From: an uncultured Acidimicrobiales bacterium
GTDB taxonomy: Bacteria > Actinomycetota > Acidimicrobiia > Acidimicrobiales > CAWCAL01
Length of the DNA: 64,000 bases
Direction of reading: 5' to 3'
NCBI GenBank assembly: GCA_963793475.1
Contig: CAWCAL010000006.1
Span: 98,610-162,609 of the forward strand
Shown: positions 10,201-19,048 of the stretch, in pieces
Layout: each line of letters begins with the position of its first letter
How positions within the stretch are numbered: position 1 is the first letter of the stretch
Translations under genes and position numbers: made by a program
Notes under the pieces: generated by a model
The model's input: the letters and a program-made list of their open reading frames with translations, nothing else
What the model was told of the DNA's origin: nothing
The model's database searches: none

Positions 10201-10759
10201 CGAAGAGGTTGTCGCGCCCGAAGATGTCCTGGAGCCGCCCGGCCCGCTGGAGCGCCTCGGACTCGTCGCCCTGCAACAACGCCTGGAGGACCTGACCACC
10301 CAGGCAGCCGGTGGTGGCGATGACACCGCTCGAGTGCTGGTCGAGCAGCTCCCAGTCGACGCGCGGCTTGTAGTAGTAGCCCTCGAGGTAGGCCCGCGAG
10401 GCGAGCTGGATGAGATTGCGATAGCCCGTCTGGTTCTCGGCCAGCGCGGTCAGGTGGTAGTAGAGCTTGTGTCCGCCCTCGACCTCGCCGCCCGAATCGT
10501 CCATGCGGCCCCGCCGGCTGGGACGCTCCGAGCGCTCGTCGTGGGCCATGTACAGCTCACAGCCCAGGATGGGTTTGATCTCGTGCTTCTGGCAGGACTT
10601 GTAGAAGTCGAGGATCCCGTACATGTTGCCGTGGTCGGTGATGCCGATTGCGGGTTGACCATCGGCGACGGCCGCGGCGACGACCTCGTCGACACGGGCC
10701 GCACCGTCGAGCATCGAGAACTCGGTGTGCAGATGCAGGTGGGTGAACGAGTCGGCCAC
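7208..10759 (-). CDS. dnaE: DNA polymerase III alpha subunit (DnaE1 type)
   Basis: PHP motifs HLHLHTEFSMLDG, TDHGN and TNDSHY; GPGRGSAAG; FERFLNPSRISMPDIDMDF; LLKMDFLGL; YAFNKSHS; C-terminal OB fold. GTG 10759 follows GAAGGGG. Confidence 0.99.
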   Translation of the reverse strand: MADSFTHLHLHTEFSMLDGAARVDEVVAAAVADGQPAIGITDHGNMYGILDFYKSCQKHEIKPILGCELYMAHDERSERPSRRGRMDDSGGEVEGGHKLYYHLTALAENQTGYRNLIQLASRAYLEGYYYKPRVDWELLDQHSSGVIATTGCLGGQVLQALLQGDESEALQRAGRLQDIFGRDNLFVELQDQGIPEQTRTNPQLIEIAKRIGAPLLATNDSHYTHRDDAVSHDALLCVQTGSLMSDPDRFKFSGTEHYLKTAHEMRRLFNGLEIACDNSLWIAERANVEIEFGNPQLPDFPIPEGFNGDDEYLRHLTMEGAKARWGESLDDATVERLAYELKVIGDMGFSSYFLITWDLIRHARDSGFRVGPGRGSAAGCAVAYCLEITDLDPIKYDLLFERFLNPSRISMPDIDMDFDSRYRDEMIRYAAERYGRDHVAQIVTFSTIKARAAVRDAARVLGHPYAVGDKIAKAMPPLIMGHDTPLRACFEKEDKYADGYNMATELREMVESDPEVAEVVTVARGLEGLRRQDGIHAAAVVITKEPLTEYLPIQRKPESGVEPEDAPVVTQYEMHGVEELGLLKMDFLGLRNLDVISDTLDLIRDTREIVVDIDCVPLDDQPTYELLQRGDSIGVFQLEGGPMRALMRSLAPTSFEDVAALVALYRPGPMAENMHNDYADRKNGRQPVSYLHDDAEEILSDTYGLMIYQESVMRIAQKFAGYSLADADNLRKACGKKIREVMEKERASFVEGCDRTGYGTDLGHKWFDIIEPFADYAFNKSHSYGYGYIAYQTAYLKANFPTEYLASLLTSVKANLDKAAVYINECRVMGIKIAVPDVNASVSDFRSEVTIDEDGVERRRILFGLSAVRNVGEGLVELLVQEREKNGTFADFYEFCERVDTAVLNKRTIESLINAGGFDSMGHPRQGLRLVYEQILDHTLARRREHDMGVLSLFDEGGGDAAPAFDERTDIPDQEYEKAPRLRHEKEMLGLYVSDHPLMGAEAALKRRSEHTIDQINDGALSDGAPCSVGGVVTSLNRKYTKKGDLMAVFVLEDLQSSIEVMVFPRTMRDVGHLLEEDSVIVLKGRVDRRDDQPKLIGQKVEVFDGIADGAPPVRIRMSPNDVTDATIGRLKSVLADHPGESAVFLHIGEQKVLRLPDAWTVASGNALMADLRVLLGPEALIS

Positions 10760-10769
10760 GTCAGCTGCC

Positions 10770-10803
10770 CCTTCCACAGCGTTGTCCACCGGCTGTGGAA
10801 CAA
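10770..10803. promoter_or_regulatory. DnaA-box-like cluster upstream of dnaE
   Basis: CCTTCCACA, TTGTCCACC and TGTGGAACA (reverse complement TGTTCCACA), compared with the actinobacterial DnaA box TTGTCCACA. The outer copies form a 9-bp inverted repeat. Confidence 0.5.
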
Positions 10804-10847
10804 ACTACAGGCATGGTATTTGCCCTCCGCGGAGAGTTCCAGCCCGA

Positions 10848-11408
10848 CTAGAGATAGGTCCCTGGACGCTCGGCTCCGTCGGCCTGCGGTGCGCCCGGAC
10901 CGGGACCACCGGGGGCCGGACCTCCCGGCGCCGGCATCTGGCCCGGTGGGAGTTGGTGCTGCATCCGCTCGAGCTGCTGGCGGGCGGCCATCTGCTGGGA
11001 GATCAGCGTCGCCTGGATCCCCTGGAACAGGCCCTCGAGCCAGCCGACCAGCTGCGCCTTGGCCATGCGGAGCTCGGCCTCACTGGGTGTCTCGTCGTCG
11101 TCGAAGTCGCTGGTGAGTCGAGCGAGCTCCTCGCAGAGCGCAGGCGACAACGAGCTCCCGAGCTCCACGATGGACCGCTCGTAGATGTCGCGCAGCCGGA
11201 CCCTGGCGTGCGGATCGAGCTCGGTGGACCGCAGCTCCTCGAGCAGCTGCTTGATCATCGACCCGATGCGCATGATCTTCGCCGGTTCCTCGATGGCGTA
11301 CGGATCCCGCTCGTCGTCGGCCTCGGTTCCAGCGGGGTCGGTCGGGGGCACACCATCGACCACCTCGGGTGTCTCCACGGTGGCGTCGGGGGATGGTTGG
11401 TCTGACAT
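10848..11408 (-). CDS. bpa: Bacterial proteasome activator Bpa/PafE
   Basis: EEPAKIMRIGSMIKQLLEE, PSEAELRMAKAQLVGWLEGLFQGIQ, and C-terminal GTYL (GQYL-like HbYX motif). Confidence 0.95.
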   Translation of the reverse strand: MSDQPSPDATVETPEVVDGVPPTDPAGTEADDERDPYAIEEPAKIMRIGSMIKQLLEELRSTELDPHARVRLRDIYERSIVELGSSLSPALCEELARLTSDFDDDETPSEAELRMAKAQLVGWLEGLFQGIQATLISQQMAARQQLERMQHQLPPGQMPAPGGPAPGGPGPGAPQADGAERPGTYL

Positions 11409-11491
11409 CGGGGGTCTCCGTTGGCTTCGCGAACTCCGAACCCTACCCCTCGATCGACCGCAGCCCGTCGGGGCCCGGGATCACCGTTCGT

Positions 11492-12596
11492 TCAGAGCAT
11501 GGCCACGAGGAGCGGCACGTGCATCTCGGCCGAGGTGAGGGAACCGTGCCGCCCGATCAACTGGAACGGTCCCGAATCGTCCGGGTCGTGGTACACGACC
11601 GGCTCGAACGGGACCAGCGCGACATCGCCCAGGCGACGCCGGGCTTCGGAGCCCACGCGGGGACCGAACCAGCCCTCGTCCACGACCTGGTCACGCGTCA
11701 CCACCCACGCCTCGTGCCCGTAGGACTCCCGTGCCGCCTCGAGCAGTGGTTGGGCCCGTCCCCCGGCCGCATGCAGCCACCGGAACCGACCCTCGCCCGA
11801 CTGGTGATCGATGTGCCGGAGCATCGCCTCGGGCAGGAGTCTCACCCGGTCTCCGACGTGGACCTGTCCGTGGTCGGACACGACGACCAGGGCCGTCTCG
11901 TGCGGCAGCGACTCGAGCAGCTGTCCGATCAGACCGTCGGCCGCAGCGAGCTCCGCGTCGTAGTGGGCGTCCAGCCCGTACTCGTGGGAGACCTTGTCGA
12001 TCCCGTCGTAGTAGGCGTAGACGAACGGCTCGCCGGCCTGGACCATGTGACCGGTCTCGACGACGAGACTCGACGGGAGCCGGTAGCCGGCGAACCGGAC
12101 GCCGCCCAGGTGGGCCGAGGTGAAACCGGACTGCTCGAACTCGGCCTTGGTGACCACCACCGGCTTGCGACCGTGGAAGACGGGATGGGGCTGCAGCATG
12201 TCGGGCGGGAGTCGCCGCCGCATGTCGCGCCCGTCCACCGCCCATCGCAGCACGTTGAGCACCTCGCCGTCGACATCGATCCGGTAGCCGACCAGACCGT
12301 GCTCGCCGGGGCCGAGGCCGGTGGAGATGGACGTCAACGCGGTGGCGGTGGTGGACGGTGCAACGCTGGTGATGGGGCGACCCACCATGCTGGTGAGGGC
12401 GGGGGCCAGGTGCCGACGGGCGTCCAGTTGCTCCCACCCCAGGCCGTCGAGGACGACCAGGACCACACTGCGGGCCGCCTCGAGCTCGGACGGCAGCCAG
12501 CCGGGTAGGCGTTGGTGCCGGTCCATCAGCGCGTAGGCGACGTTGGAGATGCACGCACCGCCGTACTCGGGCAGGACGGGCGCGGGGAAGTGTCAC
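11492..12596 (-). CDS. Alkaline phosphatase superfamily / nucleotide pyrophosphatase-phosphodiesterase
   Basis: VVLDGLGW, PSTTATALTS, DKVSHEYG, VVSDHG, GRHGSLT. In-frame PVLPEYGGACISNV lies upstream of the called ORF; GTG 12596 joins it with a one-base indel in a C run. Confidence 0.9.
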
Positions 12597-12688
12597 CCAC
12601 GACGCCACCGCGAGGGCCCACCCGACCGACCGACCCCTGGCGAGCTCGCGTGCGTCGGAGCGCTCCGGTTGCTCGTACGATGCAGAGC

Positions 12689-13129
12689 ATGAAGGTCTCG
12701 ACACGAGGTGACTATGCCAGCCGGGCCCTCCTGTCGCTGGCCCTGCACGACGGGACCCAGGCACCGACATCGGTGCGGGACATCGCGGAACGCACCGGTC
12801 TCCCCCAGCCGTACCTCGAGCAGATTCTGCTGGCCCTGAAGGGTGCCGGCATCGTCCGGTCGAAACGCGGGGTGGGCGGCGGCTACCTGCTGGCCCGACC
12901 ACCCGACGACATCCGCCTGAGCGAAATCGTCAGCGCGGTGGACGGTCCGATCGTCGTGGGCGACTTCGGCCAACCGCATCAGGACGGGGCGTGCGACCAC
13001 GAGGGACAGTGCGTCCTCCTGGCCATCTGGGCCGAGGTGGGTGGTTTCATGCGCAAGCACCTGGACTCGTACACCCTCGCCGACATCGCTGACATGGCCA
13101 ATGGTGGCACACCCTGGCCCGGTGGGTGA
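12689..13129 (+). CDS. Rrf2 family transcriptional regulator
   Basis: MKVSTRGDYASRALL, PQPYLEQILLALK, VRSKRGVGGGYLLARPP. TACGAT lies 7 nt before the ATG. Confidence 0.95.
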   Translation: MKVSTRGDYASRALLSLALHDGTQAPTSVRDIAERTGLPQPYLEQILLALKGAGIVRSKRGVGGGYLLARPPDDIRLSEIVSAVDGPIVVGDFGQPHQDGACDHEGQCVLLAIWAEVGGFMRKHLDSYTLADIADMANGGTPWPGG

Positions 13130-13132
13130 CGA

Positions 13133-14059
13133 TCAGGCATCGATTCCCGAGGAGCGGCCCACACGCTGCATGTCGTCGGGCACGGCGGACTCACAGCGGA
13201 CCATCTCACCCGAGGTGGGATGGGCGAACGCCAGCACCGCGGCGTGCAACATCGGGCGTTCGACGTCGGGCCACCGGTCGCCGCCGCCGTACCGTCGATC
13301 CCCCACCACCGGGTGGCCGTGGGCCAGGAGATGGACGCGGATCTGGTGGGTCCGACCGGTCTCGAGGCGACATCGCACCAGCGACACGCCGTCACCCGTG
13401 TCGAGGCGCCGGTACTCGGTCCTAGCCACACGCCCACCGGCGACGACCGCCATCATGGTCGGATCCCGGGGTGACCGACCAATGGGCGCGTCGATGACCC
13501 CGGCCTCGGGTTCGATGATCCCGGCACACAGCGCCAGGTACTCGCGCCGCACCCGACGCTCGGCGAGCATCTCGACGAGCCGTTCGTAGGCCGGCTGGGT
13601 CCGCGCCACGGCGAGCAATCCCGTGGTTCCCACATCCAGCCGGTGCACGATGCCCGGGCGGGCCGGGTCGCCGACCGAGGCCAGCTCCGGATAGTGCGCC
13701 AGCAGTCCGTTGACCAGCGTGCCGTCTGCGTTCCCGGCGCCCGGATGGACGACCACACCCGCCGCCTTGTCCACCACGAGCACCTCGGGATCCTCGTACA
13801 CGACCTCGATCGCGACGTCGGGGTCGGCCAACGGCAACATCTCGGCCCGGGGCCGGTAGTCGACCTGCAGCACCGAGCCGGCGGTCACCCGACGCGATGC
13901 CTGCGTGACGCTCACACCGTCCAATCGCACGGCACCCTGCTCGATCAGCGCACGTGCGACCGCCCGGCTGACGTCCACGGCGATGGCGACGACACGGTCG
14001 ACCCGCTGCTGGTCGAGCGCCTCGGAGATGGTCGCTTCGGTGACCTCGTGCGGAGTCAA
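13133..14059 (-). CDS. rluD: RluA-family 23S rRNA pseudouridine synthase with S4 domain (RluD-like)
   Basis: N-terminal S4 domain, VVDKAAGVVVHP, GIVHRLD, LETGRTHQIRVH, GHPVVGD; located downstream of lspA. Confidence 0.92.
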   Translation of the reverse strand: MTPHEVTEATISEALDQQRVDRVVAIAVDVSRAVARALIEQGAVRLDGVSVTQASRRVTAGSVLQVDYRPRAEMLPLADPDVAIEVVYEDPEVLVVDKAAGVVVHPGAGNADGTLVNGLLAHYPELASVGDPARPGIVHRLDVGTTGLLAVARTQPAYERLVEMLAERRVRREYLALCAGIIEPEAGVIDAPIGRSPRDPTMMAVVAGGRVARTEYRRLDTGDGVSLVRCRLETGRTHQIRVHLLAHGHPVVGDRRYGGGDRWPDVERPMLHAAVLAFAHPTSGEMVRCESAVPDDMQRVGRSSGIDA

Positions 14060-14071
14060 CGGGGCCCGGCC

Positions 14072-14668
14072 TCAGCGATCGATCGGATCCGGCTCCGGTT
14101 CCACCGGACCGGCGGGTTCGGTGTCGGGGCCCGGCTCGGCGTCGGTGTCGGGTTTCCCCGAGTCCGGGTCGGCGCCTTCAGCGTCGGGCTCGGGTTCGGT
14201 GGCGCCCCACAACACCAGGGCGATGGCGCCGAGCACCACGCCCATGTCGGCCACGTTGAAGATGGGCCACTTCTGGAGGTCGATGAAGTCGACCACCGCT
14301 CCGCTCATGAACCCGTCGGTCGCTCGGAAGAGGCGATCGGCCAGGTTGGCGACCGCTCCGCCCAGCACGGCGCCCATTGCGATCAGGGAGGCCGGCCGCT
14401 GCAGCGAACGCCCCATCAACGCCAACAGGAACAGCACTGCGACGGCGGCGATGGCGATGAACGGCCCCAGATCGCTCCCCAGGCTGAAGGCCGCTCCGGT
14501 GTTCCCCGTCAGATTGAACTGCAGGAGCCAGACGACGGGAACCGGGTCACCCGGGTCGAGCAGGTTGATCGCCAACCACTTCGTGACCTGGTCGAGCACC
14601 AGGATGACGATGGCGGCGAGGGCGACGTAGAACCAGCGGGCGTGGCGGCCCTGGCTGGGTGCCGTCAT
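14072..14668 (-). CDS. lspA: Lipoprotein signal peptidase II
   Basis: LDQVTK, NTGAAFS, GGAVANLADR, VVDFI, WPIFNVAD. Confidence 0.97.
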   Translation of the reverse strand: MTAPSQGRHARWFYVALAAIVILVLDQVTKWLAINLLDPGDPVPVVWLLQFNLTGNTGAAFSLGSDLGPFIAIAAVAVLFLLALMGRSLQRPASLIAMGAVLGGAVANLADRLFRATDGFMSGAVVDFIDLQKWPIFNVADMGVVLGAIALVLWGATEPEPDAEGADPDSGKPDTDAEPGPDTEPAGPVEPEPDPIDR

Positions 14669-14691
14669 GAGCCCCGGCGCGGCCTCGGACG

Positions 14692-15341
14692 TCAGCGCCG
14701 GATCCCTCCGGCCTTGAACTCGACCCGCTCGGCGGCCCAGGGAATGGCCTGGAGCCGCTCCTTCGGAATGGGCTTGCCGGACACCACGCAGACGCCGTAC
14801 GTACCGTCATCGATGCGTTCCAGAGCCGCATCGATCTGCCCCACGGCGGCGCGGGCCTGGGCGCTCAACGCCAGGTCTCGCTCCCGCTCGACCGCAAGGG
14901 TGTCCCCTTCGCCGGATTCCTCGTCGAACTGCACGTCGCCGGGCTCTCGTGCCTCGAGCAACGAGTCGGCCTCGGCCTCGAGAATGTCGGCGCTGTGGAG
15001 GTACTTGGCCCGCTCCTCGAGCAGCATGGCCTTCTGCGCGGCCAGGAACTTCTTGTCCAACCGGGACGCGGCCGACTTCTTCTTGGTCGCCGTGCCGGAC
15101 TTGGCCGTGCTCCCACCCTTCGCCTTCGACGTCTTCTTGGACGCCGGCCGTTTGGCCTTCTTCTCCGGCGCAGCCGCCTTCTTGGCGGGACCGGTCTCCT
15201 TCTTGGCAGCGGCCTTCTGCTTCTTCGACGCGGCCTTCTTCGCCACCTTTCCGCTCGACCGCGTTTGGTCGACTTCGACGCAGTCTTCTTCGACGCCGGC
15301 TTCTTTGCGGCCGACTGCTTCTTCTTCGACGACTGCGCCAT
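14692..15341 (-). CDS. TraR/DksA-family protein with Lys/Ala-rich N-terminal tail (one frameshift near 15255)
   Basis: C-terminus IDAALERIDDGTYGVCVVSGKPIPKERLQAIPWA. ATG 15341 has RBS GAGGGAG and gives MAQSSKKKQSAAKKPASKK, which continues compositionally into AKKAASKK in another frame. Confidence 0.85.
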
Positions 15342-15473
15342 GGTGGGCGCTCCCTCTTGCCGGTCGGGGCGGACCAGCGAACGCTGCTGCTCAGAGAGCG
15401 CCACAGTTTATGGTCGCGGCACGGCCGTTACAACGACCCGCCACCCACGCCTCGGGGCGCAGGCCGGGAGGGC

Positions 15474-16751
15474 CTATCGACGCCGTCCGAAACGGCGCTT
15501 GGGTTCTTCGTCCTCGTGCTCGAAGAACGCGCTGAGCGCACGGTCTTCTTCGCTCTCGACGAGATCGGTCGGTGCCTCGACCGCTCGCCGGAGCTCCTCG
15601 AGGAACGAGTCGCTCGAAGCGGTGGGTTCGTCGACCACCTCGGTTCCGTCGGGCTGCACCGACGACCGCACCACCGAGACCCGGCTGGGTCGATCCTCGA
15701 GGTCGTCCTCATCGACGGCATCGAGGTCGACGATCAGTGCCTCGGGCTCGGCATCCGGGTCGTCGTCATCGTCGTGGGCGGAGGCACCGTCGCCGGCGCG
15801 GGCATCGTCATCGGAACCAGCGTGGGCATCGTCATCGGATTCGGCGGCCGCCCCGGCGTCGACAGCGTCGACGTCGTCCTCGGCCTCGACCTCAGCGGTG
15901 AGACCGAGCACGGGCTGGGCATCGGCGCCGACCGGAACGTTCTCAGCGTGGTCTCCTCCGCTGCCAACGGGGGCCTCGTCCGACGACGCGGGTTCCTCGT
16001 GGGACGGCTCGGTCGGGTCCGCCTCAGCGTCGACGGCGTCGACGGCGTCGACGACGGATGACTCGGCGGCGCCGACGTCGGTCTCGGACTCGACCAGGGT
16101 CAAGCCCGCGCTGCTCCCCGCGGTCTCCGCCACGCTCGGTTGCTCGATGGCCGGAGCCGGGTCGGCTCGGAGCCGCTCGGGATCGTCGAGAATTTCCTGG
16201 AGGTCGGTGGCGACCGATTCGAGCTTCACGCGTTGTGCGGCCAGCCAGGACTCGAGCCCGCCGGACTGCGCCGCAATGGCGTCACGCCGGGCCTCGAGCT
16301 CGGCGATCTGGTCCTCGATCGGGCCGGTGGCGGCGGCGGCCTGGGCTCGGGCGTCGGCCTCGGCGGCGCGGACCAGCTCGTCCCGCTCGCTCCGGGCCTT
16401 CGAGACCATTCGTTCGGCCTCGGCCTCGGCCTCGGCCGCCAGGCGGTCGGCCTCGCTCTTGGCCTCGGCGAGGGTCAGTTCGGCCTCGGCCTTGGCCTCG
16501 GTGATGGCCGCATCGGCCGTGCGCTGGGCCAGCACGAGGGTCCGGGTGAGGGCGGACTCGTCGACCTCGCCTCGCTCGGCCAGCGCGGTCTCGGCCGCGT
16601 CGGCACGGTCATTGGCCTGCCGGAGTCGGTCGACGAGTTCGGAGAAGGCGACGCCGACACGCTCGAGGAAGTCGTCGACGTCGTCGGGGTGATAGCCGCG
16701 AACCTTCTCGCGGAACTCGATGTCCTGGAGGAGCTGGGGCGTGACGTCCAT
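15474..16751 (-). CDS. divIVA: DivIVA/Wag31 domain protein with long acidic C-terminal region
   Basis: MDVTPQLLQDIEFREKVRGYHPDDVDDFLERV, LTRTLVLAQRTADA, coiled coil; follows sepF-yggT. Confidence 0.92.
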   Translation of the reverse strand: MDVTPQLLQDIEFREKVRGYHPDDVDDFLERVGVAFSELVDRLRQANDRADAAETALAERGEVDESALTRTLVLAQRTADAAITEAKAEAELTLAEAKSEADRLAAEAEAEAERMVSKARSERDELVRAAEADARAQAAAATGPIEDQIAELEARRDAIAAQSGGLESWLAAQRVKLESVATDLQEILDDPERLRADPAPAIEQPSVAETAGSSAGLTLVESETDVGAAESSVVDAVDAVDAEADPTEPSHEEPASSDEAPVGSGGDHAENVPVGADAQPVLGLTAEVEAEDDVDAVDAGAAAESDDDAHAGSDDDARAGDGASAHDDDDDPDAEPEALIVDLDAVDEDDLEDRPSRVSVVRSSVQPDGTEVVDEPTASSDSFLEELRRAVEAPTDLVESEEDRALSAFFEHEDEEPKRRFGRRR

Positions 16752-16808
16752 GCGCGCATGGTAGTTGGGCCGCGGTCCACATCGTTGCCATTGCCCTGCG
16801 GGGCGGGG

Positions 16809-17054
16809 TCAGCAGCCGAACACCCACCGCGATGAGGAAGAGCCCGAAGATCAGAACGAGGAAGGACAGATCGATCCGACCGGCCGGGGGAATGGCGCGC
16901 CGGAGCGGCGCCAGGACCGGTTCGGTGACCGTGAACAGCGCGCCGTTCACCCTGGCCATCACCCCGCCGGGCTCCAAGGGGAACCAGCTGAGCACGGCTC
17001 GGAGGAAGAAGACGAGGATGGCCAGGTTGATGGCCAGGCAGATCAACGCGTCAC
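16809..17054 (-). CDS. yggT: YggT family membrane protein (frameshifts likely at the ends)
   Basis: RAVLSWFP, TVTEPVLAPLRRAIPP, IDLSFLVL; lies between sepF and divIVA. Confidence 0.9.
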
Positions 17055-17645
17055 GCTCCGCCACCGTCCAGGTCGCCGCCGCGCATCTCGTCGGGGACCT
17101 CGACATCGGCCGGGGTCAGAAGGTAGACGTGGTTGGCGACCCGCTCCATCTGGCCGCCGATGCCGTAACACAGGCCGCTGGCGAAGTCGATGATCCGGCG
17201 ACTGAGGTTCTGATCCACGCCCTGCAGGTTGACGATGACCGCCTGACTGTTTTTGTAGCGGTCGGCGATGAGCTGCGCATCGTCGAAGGATTGGGGTGCG
17301 ACCTTGTGGGGTCGGGACGAAACGCGCGACCGGGAGGGGCCGCACCACCGACGGGCGTGCGGTGCGGGCGTCGCCCTCGGGGCGAGACGCCGGCACACCG
17401 GCACTGCCGGCGACGGTCGGCGTCTGGACCGGGCTGATCGTACGGATCGCCGAGGCCGCATCGTCCTGCTCCTGGGCCGCTGCCGAGGGCACCGCCGCTG
17501 CCGCAGGCTGCTTGACGGCCTGCGGTGGGATCAGGCGGGTCGCCGCCTCCGTCGTGGGGGCGTCGTCGTACTGGCCCATGTCCTCGTACTCCGAATCGGG
17601 GGCGAGGCCCAGATACAGCAGGGTCTTTCGCATGAGAGATGCCAT
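17051..17645 (-). CDS. sepF: Cell division protein SepF (frameshifted in this assembly)
   Basis: The N-terminal MASLMRKTLLYLGL and the C-terminal PQSFDDAQLIADRYK...VIVNL...RRIIDFASGLCYGIGGQMERVANHVYLLTP lie in different frames. Confidence 0.93.
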
Positions 17646-17695
17646 CGGTTGTCCTCCGGCGTGCAAGTGTAGGGTCCGCGGGTTGTCGTAGCCCA

Positions 17696-18346
17696 TCAAG
17701 GTGGGCTCGGCGGCCCGGTCGGTCGCTCGCCGAAGAGTGATCGCCCGACCCGCACCATGGTGGATCCCGCCTCCAACGCCAGGTCGAGGTCGTCGGTCAT
17801 GCCGATGGACCGGACCGGCAGGTCGAGCCGATCGGCGGTCGCGATCAGCCAGCGGAAGGCCTGGCCGGTGGCCCCGCGGTCCCCGAAGATGCCCACACCC
17901 ATGAGGCCGCGCACCTCGAGGCCGCGTTCGGTCGCTTCGGCAACCAGCGCTGCGGTCTCGTCCCGCGGACATCCGCCCTTGGTGGGGTCCCCGGAGAGAT
18001 TCGGCTGGATCAACACCGCCGCACCAGGCGCTCGCTTCGCTATCTCGCGCACCAGGGACACCCGGTCGACGCTCTGCCACAGCGCGACATGGCCGGCCAG
18101 CGCTTTGACCTTGTTCCGCTGGAGTCGGCCGATGAAATGCCAGCGCACGTCCTCGGGCAGCTCCGGAGCCTTGGCCAGCAGGTCCTGGGCGTAGTTCTCG
18201 CCCAGAATCCGGAGGCCTTCGGCGTAGGCCGCTCGGGCGACACCGATGGGGTGCCCCTTGGTCACGGCCACGAGCGTCACGTCGCGATCCGGAGCCCGGC
18301 GGGCGATCTCGGCCCGAACCGACGCCAGGTCTTCGGCCAGCGTCAC
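17696..18346 (-). CDS. yggS: PLP homeostasis protein YggS/PlpBP
   Basis: LVAVTKGH, GENYAQDL, WHFIGRLQRNK, GSTMVRVGRSLFG. Confidence 0.96.
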   Translation of the reverse strand: MTLAEDLASVRAEIARRAPDRDVTLVAVTKGHPIGVARAAYAEGLRILGENYAQDLLAKAPELPEDVRWHFIGRLQRNKVKALAGHVALWQSVDRVSLVREIAKRAPGAAVLIQPNLSGDPTKGGCPRDETAALVAEATERGLEVRGLMGVGIFGDRGATGQAFRWLIATADRLDLPVRSIGMTDDLDLALEAGSTMVRVGRSLFGERPTGPPSPP

Positions 18347-19026
18347 GATGCCTCCTCCAGCCAGATCACAGACGCCTGGCGGGCCCGATCACCCCGGACC
18401 CGGTGACTGTGCCATCGCGTCGATGATCCGGTGCACCCGCCAATCGAACGTACGTCGGTGACACCCGAGCGGTGGAGGGCGATCCTCACCACCTCGCCCA
18501 CGTCGAGCGCGGGCGCGCCCGCAGAGGTTGCGCCCGCGACCGAGGACCCGAAGCGGCGGACGAGCGTCTCGAGGTCGGCCGCGCCGAACTCGTAGACCGA
18601 GGCCGAGATGTGCGGTCCGACGACGGCTCGGATATCGGCATCGGTCCGCTTCCTCATGGCGGCGACCGTCGCGTCGAGCACCCCGGAAACGAGACCACGC
18701 CAGCCGGCGTGGGCGGCACCGACGACCCCATCGCCTACCAGGAGCACCGGCGCGCAGTCGGCGGTCTGGATCGCCAGGGGCGCACCGACGGAGGAGGTGA
18801 TCGCGGCGTCGGCCTCCGTTCCCGCGCCGTCACCCGGCCGGTCGACCGACACCACGGTTGCGCCATGCACCTGGGTCAGCCAGGTCCACGGCGCGGCGTT
18901 GATCCGGCGGCGACGCACATCGAGCTGGGCGGCCGGCGCGTCGATTCGGAAGTCGCCGTCGTCGGCGTCGGTGAAGCGGCACGCTGCGACCAACTCCGGT
19001 CCGGCCGAGAGCACGACGCGATCCAA
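18343..19026 (-). CDS. pgeF: PgeF/YfiH (laccase-domain / purine nucleoside phosphorylase-like) protein
   Basis: QVHG, EADAAIT, TADCAPVLL, AAHAGWRG, GPHI, CT...WHSHR; immediately downstream of ftsZ. Confidence 0.92.
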   Translation of the reverse strand: MDRVVLSAGPELVAACRFTDADDGDFRIDAPAAQLDVRRRRINAAPWTWLTQVHGATVVSVDRPGDGAGTEADAAITSSVGAPLAIQTADCAPVLLVGDGVVGAAHAGWRGLVSGVLDATVAAMRKRTDADIRAVVGPHISASVYEFGAADLETLVRRFGSSVAGATSAGAPALDVGEVVRIALHRSGVTDVRSIGGCTGSSTRWHSHRVRGDRARQASVIWLEEAS

Positions 19027-19048
19027 GGGTCGTCCGGCGCCCGGCGCT

